This document shows positions 19,490-28,125 of a stretch of 64,000 nt of DNA, piece after piece. The stretch spans positions 2,538-66,537 of the forward strand of contig DAIDHM010000123.1 of the NCBI GenBank assembly GCA_027459705.1. The letters run 5' to 3'. The notes under the pieces were generated by a model. The model searched no databases, had not been told where the DNA came from, and saw nothing but the letters and a program-made list of their open reading frames with translations. The stretch's first letter is position 1, and the number at the start of each line of letters is the position of its first letter. This DNA comes from Ktedonobacteria bacterium (GTDB lineage Bacteria > Chloroflexota > Ktedonobacteria > Ktedonobacterales > JACDGC01). The translations under genes and the position numbers were made by a program.

Positions 19490-20382
19490 GCGCATCAGTA
19501 CCAACATTTGGCGCGCAGGTTTTGGCGATCTTGCGCGCCGATGGCTATCAGCCAGCGGCGTGGGTGCGCTTCCTGGGAAATTCCTGGGAGCAATCCCGCG
19601 CGACGGCGCGCGATGAACGCGGGCTTGTCACAGACTGGCGCGGCATCACCCTGGGGCTGTCCGCGCTGGCAATGGGCGCAACATCCTGGACGGGCCGGCG
19701 ACATGGCGCGCGCGTGGCGGCTCGCGCGGCGCTCCCGCTGGCGCTGGCGACCCTGGCGCAAGCGGTCGACCTCTATGCGCATTTGGGGCTGCATCGCGCG
19801 CCTGACGCGCCGTCATTGGATCGCTACGCCCGGTTGGGGGCGGCAAACGCGCTTTCCGCATCGCGTGGTCTGGCAGCAAGCTGGATCTGGACGCGGCAGG
19901 TCGCTGGTGTGCCGCTTGATGACACTGAGTTCCTGGCGGCGGTCACGTTGATTGTCGCCACGGATATCGCTGATGGGGCGATCGCCCGTCACGATCACCT
20001 GGTCTCGCGACTGGGGGCATATCTGGATGTCGAGGCTGATCTATTCGCCTGGGTCAGCATCGTCCTGACGCAGATGCGACGCGGTGATCTGCCGCCATGG
20101 TTCGCCGCGCTGATCCTGGCGCGCTGGTTAGCGCCCGCCGCTGTGGGGCTGACGCGTAGCTTTGGCACCGCCGCGCCGGTCGCGCTCGGCGCGCAACCGT
20201 TGGGGAAGCTTGCGGGTGGCGCGCAGATCGCCGCCTCAGCCGTCGCCTGGGTCACCACGGCGCGCGCGGACCACCCTGATGCACGCCGCTGGCACGCGAT
20301 CAAGCGCGGCACACTGGTCGGGGCAGGCATAATTCTTGGGATGGCGACCTTCCGGCAACTTACGCGCCTCATACGCCGTTGA
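19486..20382 (+). CDS. CDP-alcohol phosphatidyltransferase family protein
   Basis: Exact family motif DGAIAR-x8-GAYLD-VEAD (DG-x2-AR-x8-G-x3-D-x3-D). ATGA overlap with the S41 peptidase stop. Confidence 0.8.
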   Translation: MSASVPTFGAQVLAILRADGYQPAAWVRFLGNSWEQSRATARDERGLVTDWRGITLGLSALAMGATSWTGRRHGARVAARAALPLALATLAQAVDLYAHLGLHRAPDAPSLDRYARLGAANALSASRGLAASWIWTRQVAGVPLDDTEFLAAVTLIVATDIADGAIARHDHLVSRLGAYLDVEADLFAWVSIVLTQMRRGDLPPWFAALILARWLAPAAVGLTRSFGTAAPVALGAQPLGKLAGGAQIAASAVAWVTTARADHPDARRWHAIKRGTLVGAGIILGMATFRQLTRLIRR

Positions 20383-20516
20383 AGCCATGGACCGCAACGC
20401 ATCAGGCCGACTGTCTCCTGAGGATGCGCGGTCCCCATTCTCAGAAGGAAATACTGGAAAGCAGTGGTGGGTGTGGTTATCATTCGCGATACCCCCCATT
20501 AGCGAAGGAAGCAACT

Positions 20517-20921
20517 ATGAGCACACCGGATCCTCAGATTGTTGATTTAGATCATGTGCAGATCGAAGCCCCACCGGAGAGCGAGGCGGCGGCTCGCTCC
20601 TTCTATGGCGTTGTGCTGGGTCTGCCAGAACTTTCCAAACCGGCGAACCTGGCTGCGTTGGGTGGTGTCTGGTTTGCGGTCGGCGCACAGCAGATCCATA
20701 TTGGCATCGTCGATGATTTTGTCCCGCGCTCGAAAGGACACCCAGCCTTCTGTGTCCACAACCTCCCATTTTGGCAAGCGCGCCTCAACGCCGCTGGCTA
20801 CCCCATTATCCCTGATGATCGCCTCCCCGGCTATCGCCGATTTTACACTACTGATCCCTGGGGTAACCGCATCGAGATCCTCGAACCACTCGACAATACA
20901 TCTGGCACCGACCAACAATGA
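20517..20921 (+). CDS. Glyoxalase/bleomycin-resistance/dioxygenase (VOC) family protein
   Basis: LDHVQIEAPPESEAAARSFYGVVLGL... and ...RFYTTDPWGNRIEILEP. Start set at ATG 20517. Confidence 0.8.
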   Translation: MSTPDPQIVDLDHVQIEAPPESEAAARSFYGVVLGLPELSKPANLAALGGVWFAVGAQQIHIGIVDDFVPRSKGHPAFCVHNLPFWQARLNAAGYPIIPDDRLPGYRRFYTTDPWGNRIEILEPLDNTSGTDQQ

Positions 20922-21170
20922 ACCTTTCGCACGATCGTCGACACGCATAGAAGAAACCCAAGTGATCGAAATCTATCAGCTTGTCAACGGCGCCTGACGC
21001 ATCAGCAGGTACTAGTAGGGCGCTGGATGCTGAATTCGCAGGCTGGCGTGACGACTCAGGAAGGCTGGGCGATTGGTCGCGCGCATGAACCAGGGTGACC
21101 ATATCTCAATTACAACGCCAGATGTGCTCGTCCACTTCGATCTCAATGGTGTTTGGGCTGCGGTAGGTGG

Positions 21171-22001
21171 TTAGGACGCATCATCTGTCTGAGATTGAGT
21201 TGAACCCGGCGTCACGTGTTCGGTACGGGCATTGCGCGTCAGGATAATGACATCGAAGAGATCATCCTGGCGAACGCCGATGCGTCCCTGATGCCAGAGT
21301 TCCAACACGGCTAAAAAGGTCACGACGATAACGATACGGCGGGTGATTCCGACGAGGAGATCCGCCAAAGGGAGATCGGCGGATTCGGCCAATCGCGCTT
21401 CGATTTCGGCGATCTTCTCGGCCACCGTGACGACAGGCAAAGGCAGTTCCGCTGGTTCACGGTCCTGACTGGCTTGCAGAGCGCGGCGGAAGGCGGAAGC
21501 CAGCGCGCCTGGGGTAGACCCCAACAACTTGGGCGGACCGAGCGTAATAGTCGCTTCGACATCTAATGGCGGTGTCTGGCGCGCAAAGCTACGCAGTCCC
21601 GCCTCATCGCGTTGTCGTAACGCGGCGGCGATCTCTTTAGCCAGTTTATACTCCAAAAGATTTCGACGGATGGCCTCAGCGTCCTCCATGGCCTCAGCGA
21701 CCGCGGCTTCATCTTCAGGCATGGGAGAGCGGGGCAGCAATGTGCGCGATTTGATGAGCAGAAGACGCGAAGCCATCGCCACAAACTCAGCGAGATAGGC
21801 CATCGGCGGGTCCGCCCAGGTGCGCAGGTATTCGATGAATTGATCGGCCACCGCCACCAGCGAGATCGCAGTGATCTCCATTTGACGTTTCTCGATCAAA
21901 TGGAGCAGTAAGTCCAGCGGGCCTTCATAGCCGGGCAGATGAATTTGGTAGATCCGCGGTAGCGTCTCGTCTTCATTCACAGGGTGATCCCTTCCGCTCA
22001 A
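21171..22001 (-). CDS. scpA: Segregation and condensation protein A
   Basis: LPGYEGPLDLLLHLIEKRQMEITAISLVAVADQFIEYL..., the kleisin N-terminal signature. 4-bp overlap with the upstream HD gene. Confidence 0.88.
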   Translation of the reverse strand: MSGRDHPVNEDETLPRIYQIHLPGYEGPLDLLLHLIEKRQMEITAISLVAVADQFIEYLRTWADPPMAYLAEFVAMASRLLLIKSRTLLPRSPMPEDEAAVAEAMEDAEAIRRNLLEYKLAKEIAAALRQRDEAGLRSFARQTPPLDVEATITLGPPKLLGSTPGALASAFRRALQASQDREPAELPLPVVTVAEKIAEIEARLAESADLPLADLLVGITRRIVIVVTFLAVLELWHQGRIGVRQDDLFDVIILTRNARTEHVTPGSTQSQTDDAS

Positions 22002-22549
22002 TGTTCCTCGTCCACCGCATGCAGCGCGGCAGCTGGGCCGTGAGGATCATGGTGGGTACGGATTAGTTCGACGACACGCGGCGTCATGCCGACCTGGGCC
22101 GCTAGCAACGCCCCCAGCTCGGCATGGTGCCAGGCGTCGCGGAATGGCCGTCGCCAGCGCGGGACCGACGCCGTGGCCCCAGGCCCTGCCAGCCAGGTCA
22201 GCAAGCCCGGCGCGCCGACGCGCAACAGCACGATCATCGGGCGCATGACAAAGCGGACGCGGCCGCCACCCTTGCCGACATCGTGCAGCAATGCCGCCGC
22301 TAGCAGATCGGGGTCGTCGCATCCCGTCGCCGCCAGCGCGGCATACACATCCAGGCTATGGCGCTGGTCGCCACGCGACATCGTCGCGAAGAGCGCCTGT
22401 CCGGCGGATGGCAAGACACGGCGCATCGGAACCAGATCTGCAGCGTTGACCCGCGCGCGCAAGCGATACAGTGCCTGCCAGACGCGATAGCGTGCCCGCG
22501 CAACGCGCGAACGCGTGACGGTTGGCGATGGGTGATCCAGTGGCGTCAT
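21998..22549 (-). CDS. HD-domain protein
   Basis: H...HD pattern: QRHSLDV...AALLHDVGK. ATGA overlaps on both sides (22546-22549 and 21998-22001). Confidence 0.75.
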   Translation of the reverse strand: MTPLDHPSPTVTRSRVARARYRVWQALYRLRARVNAADLVPMRRVLPSAGQALFATMSRGDQRHSLDVYAALAATGCDDPDLLAAALLHDVGKGGGRVRFVMRPMIVLLRVGAPGLLTWLAGPGATASVPRWRRPFRDAWHHAELGALLAAQVGMTPRVVELIRTHHDPHGPAAALHAVDEEH

Positions 22550-23346
22550 AAACTGAAGAAGAGGTTGAAAGCGCCTGGGAGGCCATGGTCCGCCAGGCTG
22601 GAGATCACATTCAGGCTAGCGCTCTGCAGCAGCCCCAATGGCGTAAATTGCACCGGAAATTGACCAAGGGAAAGGAGGAGTGGCAGCAAGAAAAAGATGC
22701 CGGCGAGGATCAATTCATGCCATTGCTCGCCATTGCGGAAGCTGATCGCGGCGTTGGTTGGCAGAAATGCGAAAAGAATATGGTAGCCATCCAGTGGGTA
22801 GAGCGGGATGAGGTTGAGGAAACCCAGGATCAGATTGACGTAGCCAAAGATATAGACAAATTGTTCAGCACGGAGGAGCCAGCCAGGTTGCCAGGTCGCC
22901 AGACATCCCTGCAAGGGACCGCCCTTTGCTCCGGTGTCGATGCAGTTGACCAATGTCGCCAGATCATGTTGTGAGAGCAAGAAGCGACTGAATACCAAAG
23001 CAATCAACAACCCAACGATAAAATACGTCAGGATGCCAGAGAGCGCCAGAATGACCAGACCGGCATTGGGACCAGTCCGCAAGCGTCGCGCGTCAGGCCG
23101 CACGAGGCGCCCCCAGCCCAACCCCCCTGGCAAAGTGAACGTGAATGAGGTAATCACCGCGACGACCGTGCCAAAGGGCGTCATATGCCGTAGTGGATTG
23201 AAAGTGAGCTTCCCCTCGCGCGCCAGTGAGGTGTCACCCAGAACAGTAGCGATGACCCCCTCCATGCCATTATGCAGACCAATAGCCAGCACAAAGGCGA
23301 CAAATGTCATCAGCATCACAATCGTATTGACTGATAGAAACGGCAT
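22546..23346 (-). CDS. Peptidase M50 (site-2 protease) family homolog with a degenerate active site
   Basis: Family pattern ...VLGDTSLAREGKLTFNPLRHMTPFGT... and NLILGFLNLIPLYPLDGYHIL. The position of HExxH reads HNGME (residues 25-29). Confidence 0.8.
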   Translation of the reverse strand: MPFLSVNTIVMLMTFVAFVLAIGLHNGMEGVIATVLGDTSLAREGKLTFNPLRHMTPFGTVVAVITSFTFTLPGGLGWGRLVRPDARRLRTGPNAGLVILALSGILTYFIVGLLIALVFSRFLLSQHDLATLVNCIDTGAKGGPLQGCLATWQPGWLLRAEQFVYIFGYVNLILGFLNLIPLYPLDGYHILFAFLPTNAAISFRNGEQWHELILAGIFFLLPLLLSLGQFPVQFTPLGLLQSASLNVISSLADHGLPGAFNLFFSL

Positions 23347-23719
23347 CTCAATTCACCATGCGCTCTCAAATGATCTGCCTGACAGGCGGCGTGGTATGCC
23401 ATCGCGCTGGCTCCACATGCTTCACCATGTGCCGCTACGCTTGCCAGATTGGTAATCACGGGATTATTCAGTCACCAGGACAAGGCCCCTGCCAGCATGA
23501 AGGTAACCTCGTCCACGTCCTGCAAACCGCCAACCGCGGATGATCGCCTCGCGCTTCTTTCCATAGTATACTACTTACAGGATTGCCACTCCGCCCGTGA
23601 GAAGCCCCGGTGCTCCAGATACCTCAATATTGCGCTACGCGAAACACTATGAGATCGCGGCAATACGCGCATGTGGCAGAGTTACACCCAGGGCGAGTCG
23701 AGAAGAACCAGACACGACT

Positions 23720-24769
23720 TCAAGCGTTCAGTGCAATCCAGCGTTCGACCATCGAATTATGCGCCCCCGGCACCCAGGATACTAACACCCGTGCCCCATT
23801 CGTTGTCGTCAGCGTATAGGGAAGCGTTTCGGCGGGGACTACGACCGTCTGGCCCAACGGCAGATCCGCCCATTGTTTACCGTCTTGCTCCCAGGCAATG
23901 GTCGTCTGGCCGCCGATGACGGTGATGATGTGACAACTCTTGCTATCGGTCGTATGCGTGAAAGGCCGTCCAGGTTCGACCAACACCTCCGCCATAGCGA
24001 AATGACGGCAGGCGACCAGCAACCTTTCTGGTGTCAGAGAAGTTGCGAGGTTGGTATCTACGAGCGAGAGCGGCTGGGCGATATGACGATTGAGCGGTGT
24101 GTAAGAGAGGACATCAAGGCTCTGCTCGATATGCAGTTGGCGTGGCAGTCCATCGGGGCCGACACGTCCGAAATCATACAGACGATAGGTGACATCAGAA
24201 TATTCTTGAATCTCATAGAGAACGATGCCAGCCCCGGTGGCGTGAAGCGTACCCGCGTGATTCAAAACCACATCACCAGCCAATACGGGAACTTTGGTGG
24301 TCAGATCTTCCAGGCGATTCTCACGGATAGCCGTGGCGACCGCATCGCGTGTCGTCGCGCGAGCGACGCCATGGATGATCTCCGCGCCTGGCTCCGTGCG
24401 TAGAATGCGCCAGGCTTCGGTCTTGCCAAGCTTGCCCTGTTCATGGCGCGCGGCATATTCGTCATCGGGGTGGACCTGCACCGAGAGCCAGGCATGGGCG
24501 TCAATGAACTTGGCGAGCAACGGAAAACGATCCCCATAGACCTCGCGGGCGCGGGTACCATAGAGGCGCACACCATACGTACTCGTCAATTCTCCTAACG
24601 TCACCCCGGCATACGGAGGATTCATAGCGACGCTCTCGACGGATGTCTCCCAGGATTCACCAATCGATTCGCCAGGGGGTAAGGCTTTCCCCGCTACCGT
24701 CGCCAGATGTTGGCCACCCCAGATCGTTGGATGCAAACTGCCACGTAATATTATCGGATCAAGGCTCAC
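23720..24769 (-). CDS. manA: Mannose-6-phosphate isomerase, class I
   Basis: WGG...GESWE..., LSVQVHPDD, GKTEAW and LHATGAG cupin motifs of type I PMI. Confidence 0.85.
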   Translation of the reverse strand: MSLDPIILRGSLHPTIWGGQHLATVAGKALPPGESIGESWETSVESVAMNPPYAGVTLGELTSTYGVRLYGTRAREVYGDRFPLLAKFIDAHAWLSVQVHPDDEYAARHEQGKLGKTEAWRILRTEPGAEIIHGVARATTRDAVATAIRENRLEDLTTKVPVLAGDVVLNHAGTLHATGAGIVLYEIQEYSDVTYRLYDFGRVGPDGLPRQLHIEQSLDVLSYTPLNRHIAQPLSLVDTNLATSLTPERLLVACRHFAMAEVLVEPGRPFTHTTDSKSCHIITVIGGQTTIAWEQDGKQWADLPLGQTVVVPAETLPYTLTTTNGARVLVSWVPGAHNSMVERWIALNA

Positions 24770-24791
24770 GCTTGATGCTCCTCAATGTTGC

Positions 24792-25100
24792 TTATGAGAT
24801 CCGCTGCATCAGTTCGACAATCCGTCCCATCTCCTCGCGTACCGCTTCGGTGGGCAGATCAGCCAGACAGCGGTCGATGTGCAGACGGACGATCTCTGAC
24901 GCGACGCGGTCCATGCCTGAACGCACGGCCATAATTTGCGTGACCAGATCTTCACAGGTCCGGTCGTTTTCAATCATCCGTACAATGCCGCGTATCTGCC
25001 CTTCGATACGCCGCAAGCGGATAACAAGATCTGCCTGGCGGCTCGAGGCGGAGGTCGCGCTGGCATCGTCCAGCACCTCAGTCGCTATGACGTCGTCCAT
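24792..25100 (-). CDS. csoR: CsoR-family metal-sensing transcriptional repressor (C-H-C Cu(I)-type fingerprint)
   Basis: RLRRIEGQIRGIVRMIENDRTCEDLVTQIMAV. Cys49, His74 and Cys78 have the 25/4 spacing of the Cu(I) ligand triad. Confidence 0.85.
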   Translation of the reverse strand: MDDVIATEVLDDASATSASSRQADLVIRLRRIEGQIRGIVRMIENDRTCEDLVTQIMAVRSGMDRVASEIVRLHIDRCLADLPTEAVREEMGRIVELMQRIS

Positions 25101-25250
25101 TATACTGCCCCAATCAAGAAACTCCTAGATGTTCAGCGCGTTGTCCGCGAGTGTCTACTGTGTGGTCGTCACGTCTGCCGGAAATTTCGTGGAAGGAGTC
25201 GCTGCACGGTACTGTAAGGCGATGAGCGCGGCGGTGCGGCACCCAAGCAT

Positions 25251-25316
25251 AGAAAACCACGGGGTAGATCGCGGGAACGGATTGGCCGCTCACTGCTGAC
25301 GAAGCTACCCCGTGGT
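25251..25316 (-). terminator. Terminator after trxA (long-loop hairpin plus U-tract on the minus strand)
   Basis: ACCACGGGGTAG-N37-CTACCCCGTGGT, followed on the minus strand by TTTTCT. Confidence 0.5.
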
Positions 25317-25335
25317 AGGGACCGGAGGCGACTGA

Positions 25336-25689
25336 TTAGACGTTGGCGCGCGCGGTTGACGCCAACACTTCATCAATATGCTGCTTCAAGTCCTTTTTCT
25401 GGCGATAGCCCACCAGGGACTTCACGACTTCACCTTTGTAAAAGAACAGCAACATAGGGATGGCCTGAATCCGATATTGCATCGCCATCTGCTGATTGGC
25501 ATCGGTATCCAATTTCGCGAAGCGCATCTTACCCGTGTATTCACCGGCCAACTCTTCAAAAGCTGGCGCCATCATACGACAGGGACCACACCATGCCGCC
25601 CAGAAATCGACGACCACTGGAACATCGGCTTGTAACACATCTTTCTGAAAGGTACTATCGCTTGTTGTGACATATGCATCTGAAGACAT
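25336..25689 (-). CDS. trxA: Thioredoxin
   Basis: VVVDFWAAWCGPCRMMAP active site; 117 aa. Confidence 0.95.
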   Translation of the reverse strand: MSSDAYVTTSDSTFQKDVLQADVPVVVDFWAAWCGPCRMMAPAFEELAGEYTGKMRFAKLDTDANQQMAMQYRIQAIPMLLFFYKGEVVKSLVGYRQKKDLKQHIDEVLASTARANV

Positions 25690-25719
25690 CGTTTGAACTC
25701 CTGCGTAAATCTGGTTGCT

Positions 25720-25738
25720 GATACCCCCATAGGGTATC
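25720..25738. promoter_or_regulatory. Inverted repeat GATACCC-CCATA-GGGTATC, CsoR-type operator candidate at the trxA promoter
   Basis: 7-bp arms, immediately downstream (minus strand) of a TGcTATACT extended -10 (25749-25757), so it overlaps the predicted trxA transcription start. Confidence 0.5.
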
Positions 25739-25947
25739 TCTATAGGTAGTATAGCACTTTATGGCAAGGTCAACTGGAGGAAAGGTGTCGGTTTTGCGGG
25801 ATCCTGGCATTTCATCCTATATTCCTCGGATCTCCTGAAACATTTACCAGACCAGCGCGCTCATATTGTTCAAAGCATTGCCAGTGGACGATTGAGTTCG
25901 TCCATGAAGATATACCGAGTTGCGTGGGACGTAGAGGAGCGAGACAC

Positions 25948-26817
25948 ATGGCGGGACATCGAGACAGCAAACTGATTGAGGACGCGATCCTCAAAGAATA
26001 CATGCGATTTTTTGAAATCGCCGAAGGTCGTCGACGTTGGAACCTCTTCACGGATATTCCGTGGAACGAGGTGAACCGCGAAGCCTCGGAAAATCTGGGT
26101 GATTTTGTCGAGCAATTCTGCGGCGTAGAACTCTACCTGCCAGACTATACTTCGAAGATTACTCAGATGATCCGGAAGAGTCGGGGTCGCGCCTGGTTCA
26201 TGGCCAATTGGGGCTATGAAGAGAGCAAGCACTCACTATCTTTGGAATCCTGGTTAGTGCGATCCGGTAAACGAACCCAGGAAGGGGTTGAGGACTTCTC
26301 GGATGTCATCTTCGAGAACGAGTGGGACTTGCCTTTCAGTGAGCCGCGCCAGATCATGATCTATGGGATGGTGCAGGAACTCGCGACCCACGTCAATTAC
26401 AAACGTCTCCGGGATATGGCAACTGCCGAGGGTGATAATGCACTCGCGACGTTGCTGCGCTTCATCGCCATTGATGAGATGGCGCACTTTAGCTTTTATC
26501 GCGATATCGTGCGCCTCTACATGGCATTGGACGAAGATAATACGAAAGCGGACATCGCCTTTGTCTTCAAGAATTTCGCGATGCCTGCCCAATATATCGT
26601 CCCTAACGCCCGCGAACGCGCGGAGCGTATGGCGGCGGTCGGCCTCTATGGGCCGCGCGAATATATCAAGCTGGTCAAAGAACCCATCGAGAAGGCGTTA
26701 GGGCTGGGGAATGTCAAGCAACTGCAGCGCCAATACCTGGATGCCGAAGGCCGCCCAAAATCCTTCATTGTACCGGACGCGCCAGGGCTTCCGCTGAGCC
26801 TGAGCTACAACGAGTGA
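25948..26817 (+). CDS. Acyl-ACP desaturase-like di-iron (ferritin-like) protein
   Basis: Two ExxH di-iron motifs (EESKH, DEMAH) in a fatty-acid-desaturase type 2 context. GAGGAG SD lies before ATG 25948. Confidence 0.8.
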   Translation: MAGHRDSKLIEDAILKEYMRFFEIAEGRRRWNLFTDIPWNEVNREASENLGDFVEQFCGVELYLPDYTSKITQMIRKSRGRAWFMANWGYEESKHSLSLESWLVRSGKRTQEGVEDFSDVIFENEWDLPFSEPRQIMIYGMVQELATHVNYKRLRDMATAEGDNALATLLRFIAIDEMAHFSFYRDIVRLYMALDEDNTKADIAFVFKNFAMPAQYIVPNARERAERMAAVGLYGPREYIKLVKEPIEKALGLGNVKQLQRQYLDAEGRPKSFIVPDAPGLPLSLSYNE

Positions 26818-26934
26818 GGTCAACGCGCGCTTAAAGCGCCGCTGGAGCATTGCAGTACGCTCTGTGCGGCGCTGAGTCGCGACCGGTTATGCCAACCTCT
26901 TCATTCCTCGTCCTGTAAGCCACACAGCGCCAAA

Positions 26935-26991
26935 ATAAACAAAAGATTGCCCATCAGCCGCAACAGCGGTGACAGGCAATCTTTTGTTTAT
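26935..26991. terminator. 17-bp hairpin between convergent genes (bidirectional terminator candidate)
   Basis: ATAAACAAAAGATTGCC-N23-GGCAATCTTTTGTTTAT. A/T tracts on both flanks. Confidence 0.65.
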
Positions 26992-27009
26992 GCGAAACGC
27001 TGGCCACGA

Positions 27010-28125
27010 TCAGGCGCGCGCAACCTGGAGGCTGGTGAGCGCTTTCGTCGTTTCTGGATCGAAGACGTGCATATGATCCGTACGCACGCCCAGAGTGATG
27101 TTGTCCCCAGCGCGCGCATGAACGGATGGATCCACACGGGCAAGGACCGTCGCGCCGCTGACCTTGGCATAGACGAGTTGTTCATTGCCGAGATGCTCCA
27201 CCACATCAACCGTGCCAGTGAGGGTAGATCCGGCAGAGGCATCGGCGACGTTGGTGAAGGCCTCAGGCCGTAAGCCCAGGGTCACCTCACGTCCCTCGAA
27301 TCCTTTCACTCGATCCGCGACATCCTGCGGGAGCGTCAGATATTGATCGCCGACGCCGACCCGCACTGTACCATCGCTCCGTGTCACTTTCGTATTGGGG
27401 AAGAAGTTCATGCTGGGTGAACCAATGAAGCCCGCGACAAACTGATTGGCCGGATGGTCATACAATTCCTGGGGAGTACCTAATTGCTGGATGACGCCAC
27501 CGCTGAGGACGACAATGCGATCGCCCATCGTCATGGCTTCGGTCTGATCATGCGTGACATAAACAGTTGTGCGACGGAGCCGCAGATGGAGACGGCTGAT
27601 CTCCGCGCGCGTCTGCACGCGCAATTTCGCGTCCAGGTTCGAGAGCGGCTCGTCCATCAAAAAGACTTTGGGTTCGCGCACGATGGCGCGGCCCAGAGCG
27701 ACACGCTGACGTTGACCACCAGAGAGTTCCTTAGGACGACGTTTGAGATAAGGGCGCAATTCCAGCATATCCGCTGCGGTAGCGACGCGCTGCTCGATGT
27801 CCTGACGCGGGATACCGCGCAGTTTCAAACTGAAAGCCATATTCTCGAAGACGGACATGTGCGGGTACAGGGCATAGTTCTGGAAGACCATAGCGATATC
27901 GCGATCCTTCGGTGGGACATCGTTGACCAGCTTATCCCCGATGAAGAGATTGCCATCCGAGATCTCTTCGAGACCAGCGATCATGCGCAGAATGGTCGTT
28001 TTCCCACAACCAGAGGGGCCGACCAGGACTAAGAACTCGCCATCAAGGATTTCGAGGTTAATATCCTTGACCACCTCTACCGTGCCGAAGCGTTTATAGA
28101 TATGCTCCAGCCGAACCTGTGCCAT
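27010..28125 (-). CDS. Sugar ABC transporter ATP-binding protein (MsmX/MalK/UgpC type), orphan
   Basis: GPSGCGKTT, LSGGQRQRVALGRA, FLMDEPLSNLD, plus the C-terminal regulatory/TOBE-like domain. No permease or SBP is adjacent. Confidence 0.92.
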   Translation of the reverse strand: MAQVRLEHIYKRFGTVEVVKDINLEILDGEFLVLVGPSGCGKTTILRMIAGLEEISDGNLFIGDKLVNDVPPKDRDIAMVFQNYALYPHMSVFENMAFSLKLRGIPRQDIEQRVATAADMLELRPYLKRRPKELSGGQRQRVALGRAIVREPKVFLMDEPLSNLDAKLRVQTRAEISRLHLRLRRTTVYVTHDQTEAMTMGDRIVVLSGGVIQQLGTPQELYDHPANQFVAGFIGSPSMNFFPNTKVTRSDGTVRVGVGDQYLTLPQDVADRVKGFEGREVTLGLRPEAFTNVADASAGSTLTGTVDVVEHLGNEQLVYAKVSGATVLARVDPSVHARAGDNITLGVRTDHMHVFDPETTKALTSLQVARA

